A stretch of DNA of 64,000 bases, from contig CACAWS010000001.1 in the NCBI GenBank assembly GCA_902536295.1, positions 142,658 through 206,657 on the forward strand, given 5' to 3'. The translations under genes and the position numbers were made by a program. The DNA comes from an uncultured SAR86 cluster bacterium (lineage in GTDB: Bacteria > Pseudomonadota > Gammaproteobacteria > Magnimaribacterales > AG-339-G14). Below the pieces are notes generated by a model. It did no database searches and was not told the DNA's origin. It saw only the letters and a program-made list of their open reading frames with translations. This document shows positions 28,270 to 37,973 of this stretch, piece by piece; position 1 is the stretch's first letter; every line of letters begins with the position of its first letter.

Positions 28270-30701
28270 TATACCGCTGCTAATTTAATCGCCTCATCTA
28301 TGTCAACTGTCACTAATCTTGAAACACCCGGTTCTTGCATTGTAACTCCTATCAAATGTTTACTTTTTTCCATAGAAATTTTGTTGTGAGTGACAAATAT
28401 AAATTGAACTTGATTAGACATTTCTTCAACCATATTAATAAATCTTGAGGTATTAAAGTCATCTAAGGGAGCATCAATTTCATCCAAAATACAGAAAGGA
28501 GCTGGATTCAAAGAAAAGAAAGAAAAAACTAAAGCTATAGAAGACAATGCTTTCTCCCCTCCCGATAACTGAGATACATTAACGTTTTTCTTACCAGGCG
28601 GCATTGCTTTAAAAACGATACCTGTGTCTAGGATATCATCTGAAGTTGTTTCTAATTTTGCATGACCACCACCAAATAATTTGGGAAACAGTTCAGCAAT
28701 CTTTATATTCAAACTATCATAAGTATCTTTAAACAACGTCTTTGATTCTTGATCAATTTTTTTGATAGCATTTTCTAGAGTTTTCAATGCGCTTTCTAAC
28801 TCTTCAATTTGATCGACGATTTCTTTTTTTCTTTCTTCTTCAATTTTAAATTCTTCTGTTGCTGCTAGATTAATTGGACCAATTCTTTCTATAGACTGTT
28901 CTACTTTCGTTATTTCATCGATGAAATTTTCTTCAGTGTCATTTGCTGACAATTCATCTAAAAGGATATTAATGTCATACCCATCTTTTTCAAGCTGTTT
29001 CAAGTAAATTTCAGCTTCAGAAAGATAGCCTTGTCTATTTATTTTTGAATCCTGCGAATCTTTACGGATTCTTTCTATTTCTATATCAGACTCATGCAAA
29101 GATCGTTCAAGAGTTCTTATTTCTTCAGAAAGATTAGAAAATTCATTTCTTATTTCAGTCAAAGAGTCTTCTACGGAACTTCTAGAATCTAGTAAAGGCT
29201 TTATATCTATTTCCAGTTTCTTAATTGGCTCGTCTAATGCGCTAATATCTGAGGAAACTTGTACAAGCTGATTTTTCTTATTTTCTTCATCATTTATGTA
29301 AGATTCTTTTTCACTAGAAATTTGAGCTATCTTTACTTTCAAATTTGTAATTTCAGAACTCAAGCTTAATAACTTGTCTTTTTGAACTGTAAATTTCTCT
29401 TCCTGTTTCGAAGTCTGGTTTTCTATAGCTTCTATGAGTTTTTTTATTTTGCTGTCAAATTTTAAAACTGTATCAAGAGTTTCTTCTAAATTTTTTGCTT
29501 TGAAATTATTAAAATCTCTTCTATAGGTCTCAAGGTTCGATTTTAATTCTTCAACCTCCAGCAACAATTGTTTGGATAAAAAAATCGGAGACAGAGCACC
29601 ATCAAGCTGAGAGATTGAAGCATCCATTTTTTGAAGCAACGGTTCTTTTTCTTTTAGCTCATCTTGAAGCTCAATTAATTTATTATTGTTTCTCTCGTGT
29701 AATCCTTCAAAATTTCTAATTTCATTTTTTAAATTAGCTTCTTGTTGAATCAAGTCATTTCTTTGCCCTTTCAAGAATACAAGTTCTTGCTCAGACTTTG
29801 AGAGCTTAGCTCCACTTGAATAAAACTCTTCTTGAGTTTTATTTATTTCTAGTTGGATTTCATCCTGTCTAACTTTTGATTTATCGATTGTAGATTGAAT
29901 TCCTTGTTTATTAGAATTTACTTTTTCTATTTCTAATTCAATTTCTTTAATCGATAAATTTAACTTTGCTGCGGCTTCAGTTTTTTGCTGCCAATTGAAA
30001 GTTTTAAGAAGAGAATTTAATTTTTTTTCTTTATCTTTAAGCTCATTGTATCTCTCCGCGGACTTAACTTGTTGTTTTAACTTTAGTAGCTGTCGATCAA
30101 TTTCATCTTGCAAGTCAGATACCCTATTTAAATTTTCTTTAGTTCTTTTAATCCTTGATTCTGTCTCTTTTCTTCTTTCTTTGTAAACCGAGATACCAGC
30201 GACCTCTTCAATGTATGCTCTTAACTCCTCTGGTTTTGAGCTAATAAGCTTAGTTGCCATTTCCTGTTCTATAACCGCATAACTTCTTGGACCCAATCCC
30301 GTGCCTAAAAAGATATCGGTTATATCTTTTCTTCTGCATTCTGAGTTATTCAAGTAATAAGTTGATTTACCATCTATATCTACAGTTCTTTTCACGCTGA
30401 TTTCTGAATAAGAAGAATATTCTCCACCAATTCTGCCATCGTCGTTATCGAATAAAAGCTCAACTGATGCTCTAGCTGATGGCGCTCTTGAGGAGGAACC
30501 ATTAAAAATGATGTCTGCCATTGATTCTCCTCTAAGGTTTTTAGCTGAAATTTCACCCATAACCCATCTTACAGCATCAATGATATTAGATTTACCGCAA
30601 CCATTAGGGCCTACAACTCCTGACATTTCGCTGGGGAAGGCTATCTTCGTTGGATCAACGAAAGATTTAAAACCTGATAGGCTAATGTTTTTTAACCTCA
30701 T
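28269..30701 (-). CDS. smc: Chromosome segregation ATPase Smc, short form (810 aa) with no visible hinge
   Basis: GFKSF, Walker A GPNGCGKSN, GP.NLAA.EE, signature LSGGEK, Walker B FCILDEIDAPLD, GVTMQEPGVS. Confidence 0.92.
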   Translation of the reverse strand: MRLKNISLSGFKSFVDPTKIAFPSEMSGVVGPNGCGKSNIIDAVRWVMGEISAKNLRGESMADIIFNGSSSRAPSARASVELLFDNDDGRIGGEYSSYSEISVKRTVDIDGKSTYYLNNSECRRKDITDIFLGTGLGPRSYAVIEQEMATKLISSKPEELRAYIEEVAGISVYKERRKETESRIKRTKENLNRVSDLQDEIDRQLLKLKQQVKSAERYNELKDKEKKLNSLLKTFNWQQKTEAAAKLNLSIKEIELEIEKVNSNKQGIQSTIDKSKVRQDEIQLEINKTQEEFYSSGAKLSKSEQELVFLKGQRNDLIQQEANLKNEIRNFEGLHERNNNKLIELQDELKEKEPLLQKMDASISQLDGALSPIFLSKQLLLEVEELKSNLETYRRDFNNFKAKNLEETLDTVLKFDSKIKKLIEAIENQTSKQEEKFTVQKDKLLSLSSEITNLKVKIAQISSEKESYINDEENKKNQLVQVSSDISALDEPIKKLEIDIKPLLDSRSSVEDSLTEIRNEFSNLSEEIRTLERSLHESDIEIERIRKDSQDSKINRQGYLSEAEIYLKQLEKDGYDINILLDELSANDTEENFIDEITKVEQSIERIGPINLAATEEFKIEEERKKEIVDQIEELESALKTLENAIKKIDQESKTLFKDTYDSLNIKIAELFPKLFGGGHAKLETTSDDILDTGIVFKAMPPGKKNVNVSQLSGGEKALSSIALVFSFFSLNPAPFCILDEIDAPLDDFNTSRFINMVEEMSNQVQFIFVTHNKISMEKSKHLIGVTMQEPGVSRLVTVDIDEAIKLAAV

Positions 30702-30757
30702 ACCAATATAGAAAACACTATTTTATATGATTTCTAGCAATCAATCATGTAAAAAAA

Positions 30758-31321
30758 TTATTCTTCTAAAGCTTTTATTGCAGCATTCATAACAATAATG
30801 AGTGATTTTTTTTCTTCATCCGATTCCACATTGTCTAGTGCTATTGCCCAATGTTTAAGAGATTCCTGATAATTTTCATCGTTATAGAAAAAAAGTCCCT
30901 TTAAAGTTAGAGCTTTATAATTTGATGGATCTAAAAAGAGAGAGTTTTCTATATTTTTTAAAATAATTTCATCAAATTCCTTTGTATTTTTTAAGTACAT
31001 AGACTCTGCATATCTTGCATAAATATCTGAATCAATCAGATTGGGATACCTATCCATAAATTCTTTATAAACCTTTGATGACTGATCATAAAACCTTTTT
31101 GAAGAGAGATCCGTTGCGAGTAAATAAAGTTGTTCAGAGGAAAGTTTACTCTCCAATAGAGAATTAACATTATTATTCAGATTTTCTGCTAAAACCTGGG
31201 TTTCAGAGTTTTGATAAAAATTAGAGAACTGTAAGCTCTTAAGGTTATCAGTACCGAAGAAATAAAAATATACAAATACTGTTATTAACAAAGAAATGAC
31301 AACGCTGTAAGTTTGATTCAT
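30758..31321 (-). CDS. ccmI: TPR protein CcmI/CycH-like
   Basis: TM anchor; TPR-like YAESMY and LDPSNYKAL.L.G...Y...W; last gene of the ccm operon. Confidence 0.65.
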   Translation of the reverse strand: MNQTYSVVISLLITVFVYFYFFGTDNLKSLQFSNFYQNSETQVLAENLNNNVNSLLESKLSSEQLYLLATDLSSKRFYDQSSKVYKEFMDRYPNLIDSDIYARYAESMYLKNTKEFDEIILKNIENSLFLDPSNYKALTLKGLFFYNDENYQESLKHWAIALDNVESDEEKKSLIIVMNAAIKALEE

Positions 31322-31692
31322 TTATGTTTAATTTTAAATAAAGCTAACAATGCCAAAAATACTAAAATCAATGGGAAAATGTATAGTAACAAAGTCGATA
31401 AATTTCGAGGTGGAGAGAATAAAACATCATCTCCAAATTTGCTTGCTACTTGATCTTTTATTTCAGATTTGGTTTTTCCTTTTGAAATTTCCTTGTAAAT
31501 AAAATCTTTAATATCCAAGGCAATTGGTGCAGATGAGCCGCTTACATTTGAACCAGCGCATAGCGGACAACCTATTTCATAAATTAATTCATCAAATAAG
31601 TTTTTTTGAGCCTCAGATTCAAACGAGAAAAGATTTGTTTCAGCAAAACTGAATGCAGAAATAAATAACAAAGAAATTAATAGTTTAATCAT
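31318..31692 (-). CDS. ccmH: Cytochrome c biogenesis protein CcmH
   Basis: CPLC...V..S.APIA.D, FGD.VLF.PP, C-terminal TM. Confidence 0.85.
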   Translation of the reverse strand: MIKLLISLLFISAFSFAETNLFSFESEAQKNLFDELIYEIGCPLCAGSNVSGSSAPIALDIKDFIYKEISKGKTKSEIKDQVASKFGDDVLFSPPRNLSTLLLYIFPLILVFLALLALFKIKHK

Positions 31693-32194
31693 TTATTAAA
31701 GGGAGAAAATTTTTATTCCAGATTTTCTCATCCATTATGCCAATATGTTTATATAAAATTTTATTTTGTTTATTAACCAAATAAGTTTCAGGCGCTCCAG
31801 CAACTCCTAATTCAAAGCCTAACTCGCCCTTTTGATCTAATATATTGTTACTGAAAGGATTCCCGAACTGAGTAAGCCATTTGTTTGCTTTTTCTAAATT
31901 ATCTTTGTAATTAAGACCAATGATTTTAAAATTTTGATTTTTTAAGGACATTAAAAATCCATGTTCTAATTTGCAATTAATACACCAAGTCGCCCAGACA
32001 TTTATTAATTTATACTCATCTTCTTTAAATATTGATTGATCAATCTTTTTTCCATTTAAGTCAGTCATATTAAAATAAGGAATATCAGAAACTATTAAAG
32101 GTTCTTTTTTTTCAGAATTTAAGTTCCACACAAAAAGTAATGAAATTATTCCCACAAATACCAAAGGCAATAGTATTAGATAATTTTTATTCAT
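31685..32194 (-). CDS. ccmG: Thiol:disulfide interchange protein CcmG/DsbE
   Basis: NVWATWCINC..EH, G.NYKD, GV.GAPETY. Confidence 0.92.
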   Translation of the reverse strand: MNKNYLILLPLVFVGIISLLFVWNLNSEKKEPLIVSDIPYFNMTDLNGKKIDQSIFKEDEYKLINVWATWCINCKLEHGFLMSLKNQNFKIIGLNYKDNLEKANKWLTQFGNPFSNNILDQKGELGFELGVAGAPETYLVNKQNKILYKHIGIMDEKIWNKNFLPLIND

Positions 32195-34083
32195 TTAACA
32201 AACATTCTTCTAGAAAAAGAAAAGATTCCTCCTAAGCACATCAAAATTGAACCCAACCATATAAACCTAACAAAAGGCTTGGTTTGTAACTTGGCAATCC
32301 ATTCTCCTGAGTCAAGTCTTTCACTCAAACTTATGTAAACATCTTCCTTTGGAGTAATTGCAATAGCTGATTCTGTCATAATGCTTCTAGATGCAGGATA
32401 GAAAGACTTTTCTGGTTTTAAGTCAAAGTTCTTTCCGTTACTAAGGTTTTCTACATTAAAAATAGCTATCTGTGAATAAAAGTTAGGTTCTTCTTTGAAA
32501 TCTTCTGCAATCAAAGTAAATTCATAATTACTTAACGTCGCACTTTCTCCAATTTCTAAAATAACCTCTTTTGAATTGGAATGACTTGAAACCACGCCGA
32601 TTCCAAAAATAGTTACTGCAATGCCAATGTGAGCAAGGTTCATTCCTAATTTATTAAGGAAGATTTTCTTGTCATTATAAGTTTTTAATGCAGAAATTAT
32701 GACTCCTGAAAGAATAAATGAAATCATGATGATGCCTAATACATTAAACAAACTGAGAAAATTGAATATTAAATAAGAAAAAATAAATGAAATAAAAATC
32801 ATCAAACTTACAGTAATTAGAAAAGATTTGATTGAATTTGCTGAAGAGCCCCAGTTCGTAAGAACACCATAGCCTTGAAAAAAAGCTAGAAAAAAAGCTA
32901 TGGGAACCGTAACTAGATTGAAATATGGCGCTCCGACACTTATGGTCTTACCATCACTGAAAATTTCATAAAAAATAGGATAGACCGTTCCAAATAGAAT
33001 TATTACGGCAAGTATCACTAAGAATAAATTATTAATTAATAGAAAGTACTCTTTCGAAATAATCGAATAATTTAATGAATTATTATCTGAAATATCTGAT
33101 CTAAAAAAAATAAAAAAAGAATACAAAGTGATTGCTAATGTAATCAAAAGAAGTATCAAGCCCCTTTCAGGATCTAAAGCAAAAGAATGTACAGAAGTTA
33201 GAATTCCAGATCTTACTAGGAACATTCCTATAAAGCATCCAATGACGCTTAGAATTGATAATACAATAGTCCAATTATTAAAAATTTTTCTTGAATTACT
33301 TACAATAGCTGAATGAAATAATGCCGTTGCTAATAACCAAGGGACTAAAGAAGAATTTTCAACAGGATCCCAAAACCACCAACCACCCCAACCTAACTCG
33401 TAGTAGGCCCACCAACTGCCTAAAGCAATACCTAAAGTTAAAAAAGACCATGAAATTACAGTCCAATTTCTTATATACATCGTCCAACCTTCTGAAACAT
33501 TAAAACATCTAGCTAAAGCAAGTGAGAAAGGAATTATTAGCCCTGCATAACCAAGATAGAGAATCGGAGGATGGATGGTGAAAGCAAAATCTTGAAGCAA
33601 TGGATTTAGGTCAGTGCCAGACATTGAGGCAATTGGAATTAGTCTTTCAAAAGGATTTGAAGAGAAAATAATAAAACCTAATAGCGAAAATAGAATTAAA
33701 TGAGCAAATGAAAGAACAAGATTTTTTTCTTCAATCTTTGAATATGAACTTAGCAAATTAAAAACCACCATCCAAATACTTATTATTAATACAAAAAGCA
33801 AAAGCGATCCTTCATGACCGCCCCAGAGAGCCGAAAATTTGTAATACATCGGAAGATTCGGATTAGAATTATTAGCTACATAAAGGACACTAAAGTCATC
33901 AGTTAAAAAAGAAAATTCAAGAATGAAAAAACTAGCTAATAATAAAGTAAATATTAAATAAATATTTTTACTGAGATCAAAGATTTTGATATCGGCATAA
34001 TATGAATAAGTTGCACTAATAAAACTCAATAATGAAACTGAGAATGCAAGAATTAACAAAATATTACCAATTTCAGGAATCAT
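32191..34083 (-). CDS. ccmF: Heme lyase CcmF
   Basis: WGGHEGSLL, LNPLLQ, HPP.LYLGY, WAYYELGWGGWWFWDPVEN, SVHSFA. Confidence 0.96.
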   Translation of the reverse strand: MIPEIGNILLILAFSVSLLSFISATYSYYADIKIFDLSKNIYLIFTLLLASFFILEFSFLTDDFSVLYVANNSNPNLPMYYKFSALWGGHEGSLLLFVLIISIWMVVFNLLSSYSKIEEKNLVLSFAHLILFSLLGFIIFSSNPFERLIPIASMSGTDLNPLLQDFAFTIHPPILYLGYAGLIIPFSLALARCFNVSEGWTMYIRNWTVISWSFLTLGIALGSWWAYYELGWGGWWFWDPVENSSLVPWLLATALFHSAIVSNSRKIFNNWTIVLSILSVIGCFIGMFLVRSGILTSVHSFALDPERGLILLLITLAITLYSFFIFFRSDISDNNSLNYSIISKEYFLLINNLFLVILAVIILFGTVYPIFYEIFSDGKTISVGAPYFNLVTVPIAFFLAFFQGYGVLTNWGSSANSIKSFLITVSLMIFISFIFSYLIFNFLSLFNVLGIIMISFILSGVIISALKTYNDKKIFLNKLGMNLAHIGIAVTIFGIGVVSSHSNSKEVILEIGESATLSNYEFTLIAEDFKEEPNFYSQIAIFNVENLSNGKNFDLKPEKSFYPASRSIMTESAIAITPKEDVYISLSERLDSGEWIAKLQTKPFVRFIWLGSILMCLGGIFSFSRRMFVK

Positions 34084-34084
34084 A

Positions 34085-34504
34085 TTACTCAAGAGCTTTT
34101 TTTACCTCTTTTGGTACATAGTTTTCATCGTGTTTAGCCAATATTTCATAAGCTATAAATTCGTTTGAAGTTGAATAAAAATACCCTGTTGCCACAACTC
34201 CTTTATTTTCTTTGAACAAATCTGGTAACAGTCCTTCATAAGATACAGAAATAGTGTTTTTTAAGTCTGTAATTTCAAATTTAATTTTTAATGAATCTTT
34301 ATCCCTTTTTAAAGAGTTTTCTTTAACTAATCCTCCTGCTCTTATAGATTTATCTGACACTGGAGGATTATTCTTAAGATCTGTTGGGGAATAAAATAGA
34401 TTAATATTTTCTTGCAAAGCAGAAAATACTAAAAAAATAGAAATAAGAATTGAAATTCCTACAAATAAAATAACGTATATTCTATTTTTCCTATGTTGTT
34501 TCAA
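34085..34504 (-). CDS. ccmE: Heme chaperone CcmE
   Basis: NLFYSP, IRAGGLV, PDLF.E..GVVA.G, LAKHDENY.P. Confidence 0.95.
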   Translation of the reverse strand: MKQHRKNRIYVILFVGISILISIFLVFSALQENINLFYSPTDLKNNPPVSDKSIRAGGLVKENSLKRDKDSLKIKFEITDLKNTISVSYEGLLPDLFKENKGVVATGYFYSTSNEFIAYEILAKHDENYVPKEVKKALE

Positions 34505-34631
34505 TTTTCTTTAAGTTTTTTTTTATTTTATTAAGTTTAATTAAGGGCCAAATATAATTAAACAAAAGAATAATTATCGTTAAAAAGCAAACTGACAATA
34601 AGTGAAAATTTTCGCTAAATAATTCAATCAT
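34491..34631 (-). CDS. ccmD: Probable CcmD (46 aa)
   Basis: Hand translation: MIELFSENFHLLSVCFLTIILLFNYIWPLIKLNKIKKNLKKIETT. Single TM plus basic tail; overlaps ccmC and ccmE at the expected position. Confidence 0.7.
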   Translation of the reverse strand: MIELFSENFHLLSVCFLTIIILLFNYIWPLIKLNKIKKNLKKIETT

Positions 34632-35385
34632 TTTTTTTTACCATTTTTTTAAACCAATCTTTAGTCATTTCCCTTTTTGCAATTTCAGTTCTCATGGCCA
34701 TTAACCCAAAAACAAAAACCATTAAATAAAAAGACAAAATACAAATCAGGAGAGGATATAACATCTCAGAAGAGATGGTAGATTCTTCAAAAATTCTAAT
34801 ACTAGAGGGCTGATGTAATGTATTCCACCAATCGACCGATTTTTTAATTATCGGTAAATTTACAGCGCCTACCATTGCTAAAATTGATACTGCCTGGTCA
34901 GCTGTTTTTTTATTATCAAAAGAAGAATACAAACCAATTATTGCCAAATAAAATAATAGTAGAACCAAAGTAGAAGTTAACCTTGCGTCCCATACCCACC
35001 ATGTTCCCCAAGTTGGTTGACCCCATATAGCTCCTGAAACAAGAGCCAATATTGTGAAAGAAGCTCCTATAGGAGCCATCGCTTTAATGAATAAACCTGC
35101 CATTTTCATTTTCCAGACTAAATAAACAAAGCCTGCTATTGCTAGAGAAAAATAGATTGATTGCGCTACAGACGCAGCGGGTACGTGCATGTAAATTATT
35201 CTATAAATTTCTCCCTGCGTGACATCGCTGGGAGAATAAAAAATTCCCCACACTATTCCTAATAAAAAAATCATAAATGCCAGAAAAGTTGAAATGGGCA
35301 ATAATTTTGAAGAAATACTATAAAACCAAGGATAAGAGCCAAGCTTATGATAAAAAAGTGTTATTGACCCTAATATCTTATTCAT
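34624..35385 (-). CDS. ccmC: Heme exporter CcmC
   Basis: YRIIYMHVP, WGQPTWGTWWVWDARLTS, WWNTLHQ. Confidence 0.96.
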   Translation of the reverse strand: MNKILGSITLFYHKLGSYPWFYSISSKLLPISTFLAFMIFLLGIVWGIFYSPSDVTQGEIYRIIYMHVPAASVAQSIYFSLAIAGFVYLVWKMKMAGLFIKAMAPIGASFTILALVSGAIWGQPTWGTWWVWDARLTSTLVLLLFYLAIIGLYSSFDNKKTADQAVSILAMVGAVNLPIIKKSVDWWNTLHQPSSIRIFEESTISSEMLYPLLICILSFYLMVFVFGLMAMRTEIAKREMTKDWFKKMVKKND

Positions 35386-36031
35386 AATGAAGTCTTATTG
35401 CTCCTATACATGCAATTGAGATAATCGGCACAGAAAAAAATAATAACGCCAACAGTAATAAAATAAAAAACGTTATGTTTTCGCTAGAGTAAGTTGAAGC
35501 ACTCGAACCTAAAATTAGGACAGGCAAACTGAGAGGTAACATTATAGCTGATGCCAAAATAGAGTTTCTTCCTAGTGAAAGAGCGCCGGCTAAAGCTCCG
35601 AAAAAAGAAATAATTAGCGTTCCGATAAATAAAGAACCTATTAAATTTAAGAGCTTTTCTAATGGAAAATAAAGTAAAAACACCATTGAACAAGATAATA
35701 AAATAAGTGGTAACGCCGTGAATATCCAATTAACGAAAATCTTTATCAACACCACTTGCAGCATTGAGAACCTTCTCACATAAAATAAATCTAACGAACC
35801 GTCATCGTAATCTTCTTTAAAAATAGTTTGAATCGACAGCATGCCAGCCAAAAGTATACATATCCAAATTAATCCAGGAGCTAATCTAGATAATTCTTTA
35901 GGATCGTTCGATATCGCTAAAGGAAAAAAAGCAATGCATATTAAAAAAAATATAACTGGACTAATGACGTTCGAAGATTTTTTTGAATAAATCAATACTT
36001 CCCTAGAAAAAAAACTTTTTAAAAAAATCAT
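35378..36031 (-). CDS. ccmB: Heme exporter CcmB
   Basis: FPLAI, APG..W, F.EDYDDGSLD, LPL.LP.LI.G. Confidence 0.9.
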   Translation of the reverse strand: MIFLKSFFSREVLIYSKKSSNVISPVIFFLICIAFFPLAISNDPKELSRLAPGLIWICILLAGMLSIQTIFKEDYDDGSLDLFYVRRFSMLQVVLIKIFVNWIFTALPLILLSCSMVFLLYFPLEKLLNLIGSLFIGTLIISFFGALAGALSLGRNSILASAIMLPLSLPVLILGSSASTYSSENITFFILLLLALLFFSVPIISIACIGAIRLHYE

Positions 36032-36627
36032 GCTTGGTATTCGTCTAGATTGATATCTTTTATCGCTAAGATGTTTTCTTCATGAGATGTAAAAACAATC
36101 GATGCTCCTTTTTTTATTTTGTTATTAATTTCTTTGGAAACTATTTTTTTTGATTCCTCATCTAAATTAATCAAAGGTTCGTCTAAAAGATAAATAGATT
36201 TATTAGATGCAATAAAAGAAGACAGAATAATTTTTCTTTTTTGTCCCTCAGATAAATCAGACACTTTAGTAAATAAATACGCTTCTAACCCAAGGGTTCT
36301 TAAAGCATCTTTTAATTTAGCTAATTCAATTTCATCGCTTCGAAAATCGTATTTTAGATTTTCTATGATAGTTAAATCGTGTTTGAGAGCATTTTTATGT
36401 CCTAAATAAAAGATTTCATTTTGCACATCTGACCGACTACTAGTAAAAAAAGATATTTTGCCCTCATAATTTTTTAAAATTCCGCATAAAACTTTGATCA
36501 GAGTAGTTTTTCCGGAACCGTTACGTCCTTTGAGTTGAATTATTTCTCCAGGATTAAGGTCAAAAGATAGATTTTTGAACAAAAATCTATCTGAATAAGC
36601 GTAAGATAGTCCTTGTATCGTTAACAT
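36028..36627 (-). CDS. ccmA: Heme exporter ATPase CcmA
   Basis: GRNGSGKTT, YLGH.NALK..LT..ENL, LSEGQKRK, LLDEP. Confidence 0.92.
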   Translation of the reverse strand: MLTIQGLSYAYSDRFLFKNLSFDLNPGEIIQLKGRNGSGKTTLIKVLCGILKNYEGKISFFTSSRSDVQNEIFYLGHKNALKHDLTIIENLKYDFRSDEIELAKLKDALRTLGLEAYLFTKVSDLSEGQKRKIILSSFIASNKSIYLLDEPLINLDEESKKIVSKEINNKIKKGASIVFTSHEENILAIKDINLDEYQA

Positions 36628-36677
36628 AGCTAAGAATTTCGATTATTATAGCGAAATTATATAAGCAGGAATTCCTA

Positions 36678-37136
36678 ATGACAGAGCAATTTGGAAAGAG
36701 AATAAGTATAGAAGAGGTAGAAGAAGGTAAAACTTTTATGCCTAAATTCGATGAAAACGGCTTAATTCCAGTAATCACGCTAGAAGATTCAACTGGAGAA
36801 GTCCTTATGCATGGCTATATGAATTCTGAAGCCTTAACTAAATCTATAGAAACACGAGAAGCCCACTACTGGAGTAGAAGCAGAAAAAAACTTTGGAAAA
36901 AAGGTGACATCAGTGGATTAAAACAGGAAATTATCAAAATTTTAGTCGACGATGATCAAGACTGCATGATTATTAGAGTAAATGTTGCAGGTTCTGGAGC
37001 AAGTTGTCACGTAGGTTACAAATCTTGTTTTTATAGAGTTCTTGAAGATAAAACCAATCTTAAATTCATTGAAACAGAAAAATTGTTTGATCCTGAAGAA
37101 GTTTACGAGGGAGAAGATAATCCTACTATTCTCTGA
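36678..37136 (+). CDS. hisI: Phosphoribosyl-AMP cyclohydrolase
   Basis: KFD..GLIP, YWSRSR..LW.KG, DDDQD, SCHVGYKSCFYR. Confidence 0.93.
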   Translation: MTEQFGKRISIEEVEEGKTFMPKFDENGLIPVITLEDSTGEVLMHGYMNSEALTKSIETREAHYWSRSRKKLWKKGDISGLKQEIIKILVDDDQDCMIIRVNVAGSGASCHVGYKSCFYRVLEDKTNLKFIETEKLFDPEEVYEGEDNPTIL

Positions 37137-37137
37137 A

Positions 37138-37213
37138 GCCCTTGTAGTTTAATTGGATAAAACGGCCGCCTCCTAAGTGGCAGCTCTAGGTTCGATTCCT
37201 AGCAGGGGCACCA
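37138..37213 (+). tRNA. tRNA-Arg(CCT)
   Basis: GCCCTTG acceptor, anticodon arm GCCGC-CTCCTAA-GTGGC, GGTTCGATTCC, ends ACCA. Confidence 0.95.
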
Positions 37214-37239
37214 AAAAGCCCTGACATACAGGGCTCTTT
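37213..37239. terminator. Intrinsic terminator between tRNA-Arg and the convergent gene
   Basis: AGCCCTG-acata-CAGGGCT stem flanked by an A run and CTTT. Confidence 0.7.
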
Positions 37240-37248
37240 GATTGAATA

Positions 37249-37885
37249 CTAAATAACTGTCGAAGATCTTAAGACGACTTGATTAACCAATTGAGCGGTA
37301 ATAGGCTGTTTTGCATTAAAAGCGGCAAATTCTTCTGCTGCGGCGTCTTGTGCCTTACCCATTGCTTCGAAACTTTCAAAACCCATTTGGTACAAAAACT
37401 GACCAGCATACCTTCCGCCAAAAGATTGAAGCAGTCTAACTTTAGCTCCATATTTTTCGTGAATTTCCATAGCTTGCTTGCAAGATTTAAGAAATTTACC
37501 TGTCTTACCTTTTTTTTTGAATCGGTTGCCAAGCAGTTGAAATACTTACAGCCCCTTGAGTTTCAGCACCCTTCTCAAAACCAGGAACTTCAACAAGTTC
37601 TGAATTATCTAATGAAATTCCAGACCAACTAGTGATTACCTTGAAATAATATGCCTGCATGTCTGAATCTGTCATTATTAAATTCATAGCTTCTCCATAT
37701 TGTGTCCAATTTTCAAAAAAATTAATTGAATAGACTTCAATATTTTCTGTGCCAGAATGACTCACTCTTACCACGGTATTAATTCCTTTAGAATTCATTA
37801 ATTCAGCTCCTTCTCGAACCATAGAATTAAATTCTTCAGTTTTTCCTTCTCTTGCAGTGGTGGTTTGAACTCTTAATATTGCCAT
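37249..37885 (-). pseudogene. Tandem alpha/beta-barrel (NIPSNAP-like) gene split by a frameshift in an A9 tract
   Basis: Removing one T from 37510-37518 fuses the 126-aa and 73-aa ORFs into 211 aa with an internal repeat (AREGKTEEF vs QKKGKTGKF). Strong SD AAGGAG. Confidence 0.75.
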
Positions 37886-37973
37886 GATTATCTCCTTATA
37901 AATTAGTTAAAAACAGTTCATTAAATATCTCAAAGAATTTGGAAAAATTCAAATTGAAAATTAAAATAAATCA

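Noticed and set aside
28269-30701. Calling the short Smc a RecN, SbcC/Rad50 or MksB protein
   Set aside because: Head motifs (LRG..M.D.IF.GS, GLGPRSY, GVTMQEPGVS) and the zipA-ligA context are Smc-specific, and there is no CxxC zinc hook at the apex.
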